Below are positions 1-9,131 of a stretch of 37,318 nt of DNA, in pieces; within the stretch, counting starts at the first letter, position 1; the number at the start of each line of letters is the position of its first letter. The DNA lies in IMG/VR virus record IMGVR_UViG_3300031853_000004, positions 1 through 37,318 of that record, one strand, 5' to 3'. Below the pieces are notes generated by a model. The model saw only the letters and a program-made list of their open reading frames with translations, was not told the DNA's origin and did no database searches. The translations under genes and the position numbers were made by a program. Source of the DNA: a virus. Taxonomy: Duplodnaviria; Heunggongvirae; Uroviricota; Caudoviricetes.

Positions 1-324
1 TGCCCCCAGAATTTTAAAAATTTTTTCATCCAATAGAAGCTAAAAATTTTAGGAAAAAATTGTCGCGGGCTTATCATTTCAACCTTAAAAATAGCATAAA
101 AACCAAGTAGATTTAAACGGAAAAATAGCATAAAAAGCTAGTCATGACAAATTATACGTAAAAAAATTTTATCGAGCTTCTTTTAAGCTTTTTATGCTTT
201 TTCATGTATAAAATTAATTATACTGGATGATCATTTTCGATCGAACAGGAAAAATAAGAAATGCTTGACAGGAGGGTGGGGTATGTGCGACCCAGATTTC
301 ATCTGGATACCACATTTTAGCTTT

Positions 325-486
325 TTAACCTTCCCTAACCTTCCTACGAGCTTTCTTCATTAATGTAATATAAGTATTCACAGCAAACTTAATAAAACCT
401 GATAATGTCATACCTCTTTGATCTGCATATTTTTTCCACTCTTCCTTTAACTCTTCAGGAAGTGTTACAGTTATCTTAACAGACAT
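325..486 (-). CDS. Ribbon-helix-helix (CopG/MetJ-like) DNA-binding protein, 53 aa
   Basis: Not in ORF track. Manual translation MSVKITVTLPEELKEEWKKYADQRGMTLSGFIKFAVNTYITLMKKARRKVREG fits the RHH pattern (beta strand KITVTLP, helix, GMTLSxFI turn). GAGG upstream of ATG. Confidence 0.7.
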   Translation of the reverse strand: MSVKITVTLPEELKEEWKKYADQRGMTLSGFIKFAVNTYITLMKKARRKVREG

Positions 487-533
487 ACTATACCTCTTAC
501 TTTCTAGCTTAATTCTTGCTTGAATATTCGATT

Positions 534-1478
534 TTAACTATTTTTGCACTTCAAAGTATCACAATAATCTTTACCATATATTGCTATACAAGCTTCTCTC
601 ATAGAATCAGTAACTTCTAATTCTATGGGTTGTCCTTCAAAATAATTATGAAACTGCTCCCACAAAATACATGCTTCTTTATAATAAGGGGTATTATACT
701 CATTTAATCCTCTAGTACATTCGACTAACTCTTCTAATGTTTTATCTATTCCAATTTGAATCATTCCTTTTTCTACTGCTTCAGGAAATTCTTTAATAAC
801 ATCTGGAGCAAAATCTAAATAATTCTCTCTATTAATTCTCCCACCAACACTAAGATATTGATGATCGGCCTCTTTCTTTACTTTAGGAATTAAATTTACT
901 TTTAATAATTCAAAATAATAGGCTTTACTTTTCTTTCCATTTTTATCAATTCTCTTCTTAGGACCATCATACTCAATAAAACCTAATTTTTTAAGGATAA
1001 CTAAAGCTTCATCTGCTATATGCAAATTTCTAGCATTATTAGTATAACCGACTCCTTCTAATAATTCTTTTTTACTAAAAAAATAATTTTCACTATATCC
1101 ATAATATTTATGTTTATTAAACATATTAAGCAACACACAATATACTTTAAAATCTAGATCACCCATATGCTCTAGACAAAACTTAACAGTTGAAATAGGA
1201 ATTTTTAAATAAGGTGGCTTAGCTTTATGAACAATATAATCGTAGCCTTTTACTTCTAATATACCAAGATCAATAAAATTATTCAATAGTCTAGTTGTTT
1301 TTCGACTATCTATTTTTAAACTTTCTACAAGAATCTTTCTTAAATCCTTTTTTTTAATCATTCTTACAGTTTGATCATCGTTCATTCAGCTATTATAGAC
1401 AATCAAAGATAATACATCTAATTGATATTTTTTATTATCTAATTTTTTAACTTCAACATTCAACGTTTTTTCTTCCAT
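534..1478 (-). CDS. Putative DNA-binding / replication-initiator-like protein, 314 aa with one in-frame TGA
   Basis: Track ORF 534..1385 extends in frame through TGA (1386-1388) to ATG at 1478, which has a strong RBS (AAGGAGGG). Two wHTH-like segments judged by eye; adjacent to iteron-like repeats. Function is inferred. Confidence 0.5.
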
Positions 1479-1499
1479 AAGCCCTCCTTAAAATATCTG

Positions 1500-1667
1500 A
1501 TGTGAAAAATTGTATATTTACATTTATATAGAAAGAATTATATATTAATTATATAGGAATGTGAAAAATTGTATAAAATCAAGCTAGTCTAATGTGAAAA
1601 ATTGTATAAATCTAATGTGAAAAATTGTATATTTTTACTAGCTTAATATCTGATGTGAAAAATTGTA
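1500..1667. repeat. Five direct repeats of ATGTGAAAAATTGTA (iteron-like, candidate origin)
   Basis: Copies start at 1500, 1559, 1592, 1615 and 1653 in an AT-rich intergenic region directly upstream of the 534..1478 gene. Confidence 0.85.
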
Positions 1668-1793
1668 CATTTTTAGCACATATCATCAATTGATAATTCC
1701 CATAATAAGAAATCTCGATCCATAATAAAAATAAAGATTACGATTACCATAACAAAAAACAAATTAGTAAAACTACTTTTATCCTAACAAAAT

Positions 1794-1880
1794 TTAATCA
1801 TCATCTTCCGTGAATATAATACACCAAACTCCGCACACAAGAATAAAAGCACCTATCCAATCCATTAAACCTCAATCCAT
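1794..1880 (-). CDS. Small hydrophobic peptide, 28 aa, TGA at codon 3
   Basis: MD*GLMDWIGAFILVCGVWCIIFTEDDD with an AG-rich sequence upstream. Confidence 0.35.
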
Positions 1881-1987
1881 TTCTTACCTTTCTCTTGGAC
1901 TAATATATGAAAAAAGAATTAAGACACTTATAGCATCGCTACTCCACTTTGTTCCGTAGCTCAGCTATAAGGTCTTAATCTTTTTTC

Positions 1988-2233
1988 CTAATCGTTACAA
2001 TAAATTTCGTCTTGTAAAAATTCCTTAAAAGTATAAGTTTTATCCTCTTCCTTATACTTCATATATCGCTTAATCATAAAATCAAACGATTCAGCTGAAA
2101 ATCCTGCAAACTCCACAACCTTTACAAGATCATAAAGAACCTCAGTAAGAAAAGTTTCCTTATCATCAATCATTATAGTTGCTGATTCTTCCACACCATT
2201 GGTATATCTGATCTCAATCATTTCTCTCTCCAA
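1988..2233 (-). CDS. Hypothetical protein
   Basis: Track ORF, 81 aa, on the coding strand. Confidence 0.7.
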   Translation of the reverse strand: MEREMIEIRYTNGVEESATIMIDDKETFLTEVLYDLVKVVEFAGFSAESFDFMIKRYMKYKEEDKTYTFKEFLQDEIYCND

Positions 2234-2342
2234 TCAATCCCAAATCTTTATCCAAATGATAAAATAAAACTCCATTAACTGCTAATACAATAACCCAATT
2301 AAGAAATACATCATACATATCTAAATCTCCTACAATTCTAAA

Positions 2343-2378
2343 ATATCGCGGCCTTGCCATGGGATGTTACATATCAAG
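2343..2378 (-). promoter_or_regulatory. Conserved 36-bp intergenic motif, copy 1
   Basis: Minus strand CTTGATATGTAACATCCCATGGCAAGGCCGCGATAT; aligns without gaps to copies at 4397 and 5110. Confidence 0.6.
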
Positions 2379-2651
2379 ACTCTGTTCATAGTAATCATAA
2401 GAAGTTCCCCTATTAGCCCAACGAATAGGGTCTACAACCCACTTACCATCTGCAATAATAGTATATGATCCATCAAAAAAATCTACCTCACGATAATCAC
2501 AACTATCAAAGCTATAAAACTCTCCATCTTTTGTTGTAATATTTAAAATCTCATCTCCTGTGATAATATTAATAGTAGCAACCGCAATATCCTCTAACTT
2601 AAAATTAAAATCAATATCAATCTTTTTGTTTTCATAATTTAGTAAAAACAT
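2367..2651 (-). CDS. Hypothetical protein (likely start MFLLNY)
   Basis: C-terminal part of track ORF 2367..2813. ATG at 2651 follows AAGGGG; the upstream part overlaps the next gene. Confidence 0.65.
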   Translation of the reverse strand: MFLLNYENKKIDIDFNFKLEDIAVATINIITGDEILNITTKDGEFYSFDSCDYREVDFFDGSYTIIADGKWVVDPIRWANRGTSYDYYEQSLDM

Positions 2652-2661
2652 AATTACCCCT

Positions 2662-3042
2662 TTAAACTTGCGTCCATCCATTAATAGTACGTACCAGCGT
2701 CTCGTCATGCCATTCGTCTGGCATACTCTCAAAACCAAGAGTCTTGGCAAGACAAAAGAAATCATATGCTGAAGGAGCCCACTTCCTCCATGGATTCCAA
2801 CGATGATATGCAATAAGATGTAGATGTGCTACTTCATGAGCAATCCCTGCAATAGCTCCAAACAAATCCATTGCAAGTCCATACCACTCATGTTCGTCTA
2901 TTGCCAAATAATATTGCGCTTTGGCGAATACTTCACGAGCAGCAGGTGAATGACGAAGAACGTACAATTCGTCCTCGAACATTTCTTGATCAACCCTCAT
3001 AAGTTCTGCTTTGGTGAAGTCATCCTTCTTCCAGTATTTCAT
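2662..3042 (-). CDS. Hypothetical protein with HExxH (possible zinc metallopeptidase-like) motif
   Basis: AHEVAHLH motif; AAGGAG RBS. Confidence 0.6.
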   Translation of the reverse strand: MKYWKKDDFTKAELMRVDQEMFEDELYVLRHSPAAREVFAKAQYYLAIDEHEWYGLAMDLFGAIAGIAHEVAHLHLIAYHRWNPWRKWAPSAYDFFCLAKTLGFESMPDEWHDETLVRTINGWTQV

Positions 3043-3075
3043 ACTTATTCTCCTTTTTTGATATCAAAACTTGAA

Positions 3076-3927
3076 TTAGTCATTTTCATCTATATCAGAT
3101 ACAAACTCTTCCATATCATCAAGCCGCAATATACTAATACACTTTCTACCAGTATCAATACAATGCTTCTTTACCCCCTTTCCAAAATGAATAATTTCTT
3201 TTCCTTTTTCTATTGGAATAGGATTCCCTCCATCAATCTTAATCCAATCATTCATATCTTCAATAATTTTATAGGTATAACTACTAGGAGTATGACCAAA
3301 CACTACATCACAAGGCAAATCCTCTGCATTAAGCATCCAATTCTCTCTAATCCAAAGCAAACTTTGACTATGTTGAGTTGGAAAATCATCTATGTCAACC
3401 CATATCTGTAATCCTCTATCATAACGATCATCGCCCATACGTATACCATTCATAGCTAAGCCCGCATGAACCAATACAAATCTGCGGCCTTGCACAATGA
3501 TATCGTAAAACAAAGGCCAAGATTGGATCCAATTCAACAAATCTTCTCTATGTTCTCTTGGAAGATTCATCAAATATTCAAAAGTTTTCAATCCACCATT
3601 GTACGCAGTCCAAACATTATTATAAGCAAAATCATACCTATAATAAGCTTCTTCTTCCTCACAACTCCTTACTCCATTGCTCTTAATAAAACGTTCATAA
3701 TCTCTAATAGTTACAAGCATCATATCTTCATGATTACCCATAATAAACTTCACAGAACTTGGAGCATTATAAGCCCACTCAAGCATCTCTGCATTATGCG
3801 GACCACGATCTACGATATCTCCGCACACGAACAATTCATCCTCTGTTGGATTAAAACTAGCTTTAGCAAGACAATCTTGGAATCTATAAAAATATCCATG
3901 AATATCAGATACTACATAAGTTGCCAT
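3076..3927 (-). CDS. Calcineurin-like metallophosphoesterase (lambda NinI / Ser-Thr phosphatase-like)
   Basis: SDIHG, GDIVDRG, GNHE, VHAG and FGHT motifs. Confidence 0.9.
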   Translation of the reverse strand: MATYVVSDIHGYFYRFQDCLAKASFNPTEDELFVCGDIVDRGPHNAEMLEWAYNAPSSVKFIMGNHEDMMLVTIRDYERFIKSNGVRSCEEEEAYYRYDFAYNNVWTAYNGGLKTFEYLMNLPREHREDLLNWIQSWPLFYDIIVQGRRFVLVHAGLAMNGIRMGDDRYDRGLQIWVDIDDFPTQHSQSLLWIRENWMLNAEDLPCDVVFGHTPSSYTYKIIEDMNDWIKIDGGNPIPIEKGKEIIHFGKGVKKHCIDTGRKCISILRLDDMEEFVSDIDEND

Positions 3928-3928
3928 T

Positions 3929-4015
3929 TTAATCTCTCTTTCTAAATAATATTACATTAAAAAATACAATCAATAAATTAAAAAATACAATTACAGGAGT
4001 TAAATCAATTGCCAT
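3929..4015 (-). CDS. Small single-TM peptide, 28 aa
   Basis: MAIDLTPVIVFFNLLIVFFNVILFRKRD with AAGGAG RBS. Confidence 0.45.
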   Translation of the reverse strand: MAIDLTPVIVFFNLLIVFFNVILFRKRD

Positions 4016-4152
4016 TTTAGTTCTCCTTTAAAATAAATCATATCAAAACTCCTTAATATCTTTCTCTCTTTCAACTATATATATTATACCATATATTTCT
4101 AGTGTCGTCAAGTAAAAAAAATAGAGCTAGATAAATAAATATCTAACTCTAC

Positions 4153-4227
4153 TTAAAAATTAAAATCTGCAATATAGTACATAGTTCCTAATATAGTAAT
4201 AAAAATTAATCCAATTATAAATTCCAT
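4153..4227 (-). CDS. Small single-TM peptide, 24 aa
   Basis: MEFIIGLIFITILGTMYYIADFNF; resembles the neighbouring peptide. Confidence 0.4.
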   Translation of the reverse strand: MEFIIGLIFITILGTMYYIADFNF

Positions 4228-4239
4228 AATATTTTCCCT

Positions 4240-4305
4240 TTACAGAGTAATATATAATACAATTGCTAAAGCAACAATAAAAATCATTCCTACTACAAAC
4301 TCCAT
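4240..4305 (-). CDS. Small single-TM peptide, 21 aa
   Basis: MEFVVGMIFIVALAIVLYITL with a GGAAGG-type RBS. Confidence 0.4.
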   Translation of the reverse strand: MEFVVGMIFIVALAIVLYITL

Positions 4306-4396
4306 ATATTTCCTTCCAATAGAAGATATAAATTAAAATTATACTAAAAATTATATTAAAAATAGTAAAAATTATACTAAATAAAAATATATTAAG

Positions 4397-4432
4397 ATAT
4401 CGCGGCGTTGCGATGTGAAATCACATGACAAG
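4397..4432 (-). promoter_or_regulatory. Conserved 36-bp intergenic motif, copy 2
   Basis: Minus strand CTTGTCATGTGATTTCACATCGCAACGCCGCGATAT. Confidence 0.6.
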
Positions 4433-4465
4433 CTAAATGAAGTTGTCCTTAACTTTATTATTAAT

Positions 4466-5095
4466 TCATTCTTTAGAAAAAACTTCACCTACCACAGGTA
4501 AAACTTCAATATCGTCATGACTAACAACATCAATCTGGCAACTCCGCATAACATCTAGAGCTGCTTTATGTTTTTCAGGAGAAGTACCTGCGCACCCATC
4601 TTCTATTACTACTATTGGAATTTCATTTTCAAACTCTGCTTGAGTAATTAATACATTAGAAATTACGCAAATATCAGTACAAAAACCAACAAAAACAATG
4701 CACTCAAGGTTTTCAATCTTTTTAAGAACAGCAGGTAAAACTAAAGAACCAAAACTATGTTTATTAATTTTAGCATAAATAGTTTTATCAGAAAGAACTC
4801 TATCTAATCTAAAATGAAGATCCCAACCATCATTTACATAATCATCAATAATGCAATGTTTAATAGGGAGTTTCTGACCTTCTCTACTATTAAGGTATTC
4901 TTCATCATAATGAGTATCGGCAGTAGCATATGCATACTTCATAGGGATATCAGCTACATCTTCAATTACTTTTAGAGCTTTTTGAGCTTCTATATCTCCA
5001 AGAGTACCAGTAATAAAATCATTTTGACAATCAATAAAAACAAAAGCTACATGATCGAGATCAAATTCTTTTTCATTAACCTTTAATACTAACAT
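4466..5095 (-). CDS. pncA: Nicotinamidase / isochorismatase-family cysteine hydrolase
   Basis: IDCQNDF, DTH, HC, K and GFCTDICV catalytic motifs. Ends at TGA; read-through would add 12 residues up to a TAG. Confidence 0.85.
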   Translation of the reverse strand: MLVLKVNEKEFDLDHVAFVFIDCQNDFITGTLGDIEAQKALKVIEDVADIPMKYAYATADTHYDEEYLNSREGQKLPIKHCIIDDYVNDGWDLHFRLDRVLSDKTIYAKINKHSFGSLVLPAVLKKIENLECIVFVGFCTDICVISNVLITQAEFENEIPIVVIEDGCAGTSPEKHKAALDVMRSCQIDVVSHDDIEVLPVVGEVFSKE

Positions 5096-5109
5096 ATTCC
5101 TCCTTCAAG

Positions 5110-5145
5110 ATATCGCGGCTTTGCCTTACGACATCACATAACAAG
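5110..5145 (-). promoter_or_regulatory. Conserved 36-bp intergenic motif, copy 3
   Basis: Minus strand CTTGTTATGTGATGTCGTAAGGCAAAGCCGCGATAT, immediately before the AAGGAGG RBS of the nicotinamidase. Confidence 0.6.
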
Positions 5146-5153
5146 CATTTACA

Positions 5154-5516
5154 TTACTCTTCTTCATCTATTGGATCAGGCAGTGCACACTCTTCGCAAT
5201 CTTCAATAACTTCTCCTTCAGTTTCAATAACTTCAGAATCCATATTATCCATTAAACCGTTAAATAGAGCATCCATACCATTAGTAGAGTTCTCTAGCTC
5301 ACTGATTTTTTCTTCAATTTGATATAAATCTGACCAATCCCTAAAAATTAATTCTATACAATCTTCTAACATATACGTTTCATTAAATCCACATTCAGGA
5401 TTGGCATGTAAAATAGTAATAGCATTTGCCACAGTTGATTCATCATCTTCTGAAGTTTTTTGATGCCTTACAAAAAACTTAATATCTTCAGTACTTCCAC
5501 ATTTAGGACATTTCAT
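5154..5516 (-). CDS. Hypothetical protein, N-terminal zinc-ribbon-like CPKC, acidic tail
   Basis: Track ORF; AGGAG RBS. Confidence 0.7.
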   Translation of the reverse strand: MKCPKCGSTEDIKFFVRHQKTSEDDESTVANAITILHANPECGFNETYMLEDCIELIFRDWSDLYQIEEKISELENSTNGMDALFNGLMDNMDSEVIETEGEVIEDCEECALPDPIDEEE

Positions 5517-5533
5517 TTTTTATACTCCTATCA

Positions 5534-5794
5534 TTAATGGATGGATATCCATTCTTTGTTTATCTTATATTTATTATTAGTCTTTAAATTCCTATCTTTA
5601 TTAATTTTACCTTTTAACCACCAAAAAAGTTTTATAATAGATGATATAACTAAAACAATAATTAAACTAAATATTAAAAGATTACGCAGAATTGCAGAAT
5701 TATAAAGGACAAATAAGATGAAAGCTGATATTGCAAATAAACAAATAATAAATGTAGCTAATTCTATAGCTTTCGTCCAACTATGTTCATACAT
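5534..5794 (-). CDS. Hypothetical membrane protein (2 TM)
   Basis: Two hydrophobic segments followed by a basic tail. Confidence 0.6.
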   Translation of the reverse strand: MYEHSWTKAIELATFIICLFAISAFILFVLYNSAILRNLLIFSLIIVLVISSIIKLFWWLKGKINKDRNLKTNNKYKINKEWISIH

Positions 5795-5799
5795 ATTTA

Positions 5800-6255
5800 C
5801 TATTTACCCTCTCTATATTTATTATATTCCTTTAATCCATCATCCCATTTAGCTTGTCTTTTAGCTTCACAGTCAGGGCAAGCAAAATGTACCCAGCCAC
5901 CATAACATTGTACATCCTCAGTGGTCCCGCAATCACAGCACACTTTTTCAGTAGCTTCTTCAAGCCGCCAGACTATATCATCAAAAATTCTAATTCCAGC
6001 TGCTTGCCATGAAGAAAAATCTTTATCTTCATCTGGAACAAAATCATAATAAAATCTTAATCCGCCAAACTTTTCTTTTACTTGCACTATATACAAATTA
6101 TCTGTAAGATTATACTTTTTAAGCACTCCATTTAGCTTACTAACACCTTTATACAGAACATCAGCCCAGCCATCATAAAGATAATCAAACCAACCACCAT
6201 ATTCATCTTTTGTCCAAGAAAAGTCTCTGACGATATCAGTAAGTTTATGTTCCAT
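5800..6255 (-). CDS. Phage hypothetical protein (QVKEKFGGLRFY motif, C-terminal CxxC...CxxC)
   Basis: Track ORF; motif is familiar from phage hypothetical proteins. Confidence 0.75.
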   Translation of the reverse strand: MEHKLTDIVRDFSWTKDEYGGWFDYLYDGWADVLYKGVSKLNGVLKKYNLTDNLYIVQVKEKFGGLRFYYDFVPDEDKDFSSWQAAGIRIFDDIVWRLEEATEKVCCDCGTTEDVQCYGGWVHFACPDCEAKRQAKWDDGLKEYNKYREGK

Positions 6256-6259
6256 TTCT

Positions 6260-6514
6260 TCACCTCTCTATAACAACAATTCCACCACGAATAGTAATTG
6301 TTTTACCATCAAGTTCAAATGTAGTTGCGGCATCTCCAACATTACTTCTCATAGTAATGTCTCCACTCCAAGTCTGTAATACTACCCCACGCGCATCTTG
6401 AAGAGTAATAGTACAGGCCTGTCCACCATTAGCAATATTATTACTTGCACAACTATACAATCCTAGAACACTAGATAAAATAACTACTACCGTTGCAATT
6501 TTTAGTTTATTCAT
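6260..6514 (-). CDS. Putative small lipoprotein
   Basis: Basic N-terminus, hydrophobic stretch and LYSC lipobox-like sequence. Confidence 0.6.
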   Translation of the reverse strand: MNKLKIATVVVILSSVLGLYSCASNNIANGGQACTITLQDARGVVLQTWSGDITMRSNVGDAATTFELDGKTITIRGGIVVIER

Positions 6515-6517
6515 TTA

Positions 6518-6703
6518 TTACAACCTCTCAATCGCCACTATTTTATTTAAATTAATTGCGGCGTTCTCTATCAATAACATCTTCATCTTGGTTGCGGGTG
6601 ACTCATAAGAGTGCTGATTTAAAAAAACTGCAATATCTCTAGTAGTATCATCCTTTACAGTCCACCGCGTACCAGTATCAGTCATAATTCTAAAAAAAGC
6701 CAT
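6518..6703 (-). CDS. Hypothetical protein
   Basis: Track ORF, 61 aa, tightly packed in the operon. Confidence 0.6.
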   Translation of the reverse strand: MAFFRIMTDTGTRWTVKDDTTRDIAVFLNQHSYESPATKMKMLLIENAAINLNKIVAIERL

Positions 6704-6723
6704 TTTTCTTCCTTTCTATTGGA

Positions 6724-7659
6724 TTAAGCTAATCCAAGATATTCTCTTCCCTTTAAATACACACCCTGCCGCAACAATCCAAAGTTAATAGTAGGATTCT
6801 TTAGCTTCTTTAGGATAGTCCAAAGTTCTTCTTTAATTAAATCCTGATACAGAGCATTAAGATAAAATCCCATAGTACCATTATTAACTTCAAACTCTTC
6901 AAGATCAAACTTAACACATGCTTTTTGCTTAGCCTTCTCGCAATCAGCATCAGTTACATACGCATCAATGATATTTTTCTCTACCTCTTGGAGAGGAACT
7001 TTAGTCTTAATGCGGCCCTTGCCTACCTTGGACTCCGCATTAACAATCTTCGCTACTTGATAATGACCCCATTGATTAACATAGTCATAATTCTTAATTA
7101 CGATACCCTCTCCAAGGACATCCTCGGGAAGATTGAAATGATTCTCTACCATCTCTTGGATATCTTTGTAGCTAGGATGATCAACAATGTAAAGTGGAGG
7201 CTCTACCTGATCATATACAGGCTCAAGCCACTCTCTATATTGCGGGTATGGTACGTACTTGCCAGTCTCAGTATCAAATACGTCAATGACCCATAGACCT
7301 GGCTTCTCATATCCCTTAATAGTCCCCGTTTGCTTCGCTCCGTGCAATCCATGCAGCCACTCACCATAAAGAATATATTGAGGATTCTCGGCCAGCCACT
7401 TTCTCAAACCAGCATACTTTCCTTCAGTAGTAAAATACAAAAAGGACTGAGCATTATCACGATTCTCAAAAATCTCCCTCTTCCTAGACCCGCAATGAAT
7501 GTCTCCATCACTGTCTGCCCAGGCGCAAAAATTCGTTCCGTCTAATTTTCCAAATACAAACACCATATTATTTAGAAAAGCATGGATGTTAAACTTAGAA
7601 TCCTCAAACCTTTCAACATGAATAAACGATTTATACTGTGCCATTTTATATCCTTTCAA
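6724..7659 (-). CDS. ATP-dependent RNA ligase, Rnl2-like nucleotidyltransferase
   Basis: Motif I KLDGTN, motif III YGEW, motif IV EGIVIK, motif V AKIVNAE. Confidence 0.8.
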   Translation of the reverse strand: MKGYKMAQYKSFIHVERFEDSKFNIHAFLNNMVFVFGKLDGTNFCAWADSDGDIHCGSRKREIFENRDNAQSFLYFTTEGKYAGLRKWLAENPQYILYGEWLHGLHGAKQTGTIKGYEKPGLWVIDVFDTETGKYVPYPQYREWLEPVYDQVEPPLYIVDHPSYKDIQEMVENHFNLPEDVLGEGIVIKNYDYVNQWGHYQVAKIVNAESKVGKGRIKTKVPLQEVEKNIIDAYVTDADCEKAKQKACVKFDLEEFEVNNGTMGFYLNALYQDLIKEELWTILKKLKNPTINFGLLRQGVYLKGREYLGLA

Positions 7660-7704
7660 ACATTCAAGTTAAACTTTAATGTTACTTTAATCTACTTTAA
7701 ACTT

Positions 7705-7878
7705 TTAGTCAATAAAATCAAATTCAAGATCAAAAAATTCCCAAGCAAGTTGTGCGCACTTATTTGCTAAACGAATATAATGATTACGAATTTCATAATC
7801 ATCAAACCTTTGCGCAAATTTAATAATTGTATCAGCCATATCATTCATAATGCGAAAATCAGTCGGCAGATAATTCAT
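7705..7878 (-). CDS. Hypothetical protein (likely start MNYLPT)
   Basis: Part of track ORF 7705..7962; ATG at 7878 follows AAGGAG and lies downstream of the promoter at 7919-7947. Confidence 0.6.
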   Translation of the reverse strand: MNYLPTDFRIMNDMADTIIKFAQRFDDYEIRNHYIRLANKCAQLAWEFFDLEFDFID

Positions 7879-7918
7879 TAGAAACTCCTTAATCTCTTTT
7901 CTCTTTCTTTCTATATAT

Positions 7919-7968
7919 ATTATATCATAAATAAAAAAGGTCGTCAAGAAAAATTTTCTCAACGACCT
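7919..7968 (-). promoter_or_regulatory. Sigma70-type promoter (TTGACG-17-TATAAT) whose -35 lies inside a terminator hairpin
   Basis: -35 at 7942-7947, -10 at 7919-7924; inverted repeat 7938-7944 / 7962-7968. Confidence 0.75.
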
Positions 7969-7975
7969 AAAATTT

Positions 7976-9121
7976 TTAATTTACAATATACTTATCATAA
8001 CTTATATAAGCTGCTTGATTTAATAAATCACTATTATAGTATTCATTAGCATGAGTTAATGCAATTGTTTTATTAAAACGATAATCTTCAGCAACTATTG
8101 AAAAATCTTTATCTATTCTTTCAAAGGTATCTTTAGATAAATGTCCAAATCGTAAATTACCTTGAAAATCATTAAAGATGTTCGTTTTATCAACGATATT
8201 TAAGCGACATTCGTCTTTAAGTGGTCCCTCTCCATGTCTTGTAATATATGGTCTAGTAACATAACAAACTTCAGCTTTAAACCCTTCTTTATCTTTAAGC
8301 ATATTAAAAGGATTAAGCATACCGGTATTAGATGTAGTAGTCCATATATTATTTACATTCTGATCAAGTCCTAATCCCTGACCATTTTCAAAAATAATAG
8401 TATCAAAAATTTTATATACTTTATTAAAAGGATAAAAAATAACATTTTCAAAAAAGAAATTAATATCATTGATAAAATGAGCAACTATTTTTTCCCAATA
8501 GACAGAAGTAGTATCAAAATAATACTTATATTTTGTTTTTTCAATTTCAATATTGCGGCTCTTGAGCAACGATACGCAATCTTTAGTGACTTTTTCTAAC
8601 ATTTTTATTTTTTCATTATTATCTGTTGAACGAAAAAAATCATATATTTTATATGTATAAAAGGGATATCGATCTGTCGCACACCATGTACCAAAACCGC
8701 ATGAACCAAATTCTTTTTGTCCATTCTGTAAAGCAATCCAATCTTCAGTAGCATGATCCGCAATCATATCAAAGGGCGTAATGACTAAAGTATTAGGATC
8801 ACAATAGGCGAAAGGAGGGACTATTCCTTCATCTAAAAGTTCATAATATTCTCTGACAAATTCCATAGGGTGAACCCAAAATGTATCTGCAAAAAATGTA
8901 GGTATACCTTCCGCAGTACCGGAACAAAAATGATGATAAACATGCCTTAAATTATCACTATAATCAACGGTATGACCTCTTTGAGCAGTCCCATTATGAA
9001 AAACTACAATAGCATTCTCATTAGACTTTTCTTTACAAAAATGCCTTACCATCAATCCTTTAGATTCATCGCCATAGTTACTACCTATAACAATCTTAAT
9101 ATCTTTAGTCATTCTATCCAC
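7976..9121 (-). CDS. Divergent adenylosuccinate-synthetase-like (PurA-like) protein
   Basis: IVIGSNYGDESKG P-loop, NGTAQRGHTV, GSCGFG, IFENGQGLGLD, YITRHGEGP and GNLRFG motifs. Confidence 0.85.
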   Translation of the reverse strand: MDRMTKDIKIVIGSNYGDESKGLMVRHFCKEKSNENAIVVFHNGTAQRGHTVDYSDNLRHVYHHFCSGTAEGIPTFFADTFWVHPMEFVREYYELLDEGIVPPFAYCDPNTLVITPFDMIADHATEDWIALQNGQKEFGSCGFGTWCATDRYPFYTYKIYDFFRSTDNNEKIKMLEKVTKDCVSLLKSRNIEIEKTKYKYYFDTTSVYWEKIVAHFINDINFFFENVIFYPFNKVYKIFDTIIFENGQGLGLDQNVNNIWTTTSNTGMLNPFNMLKDKEGFKAEVCYVTRPYITRHGEGPLKDECRLNIVDKTNIFNDFQGNLRFGHLSKDTFERIDKDFSIVAEDYRFNKTIALTHANEYYNSDLLNQAAYISYDKYIVN

Positions 9122-9131
9122 CTTTTAACTA

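Noticed and set aside
60-210. Short repeats AAAATAGCATAAAAA (near 88 and 121) with an inverted partial copy near 190, and a TCGCGG resembling the 36-bp motif
   Set aside because: Low-complexity AT-rich sequence at the window edge; it does not align to the 36-bp motif and is too weak to call.
1500-1667. Possible CRISPR array
   Set aside because: Repeats are only 15 bp with irregular 8-44 nt gaps, and no cas genes are present. An iteron-like interpretation fits better.
7976-9121. PurZ / 2-aminoadenine (Z-genome) pathway
   Set aside because: The P-loop retains Asp (GDESKG) where PurZ has Ser, and I see no dATPase or MazZ-like partner next to it.
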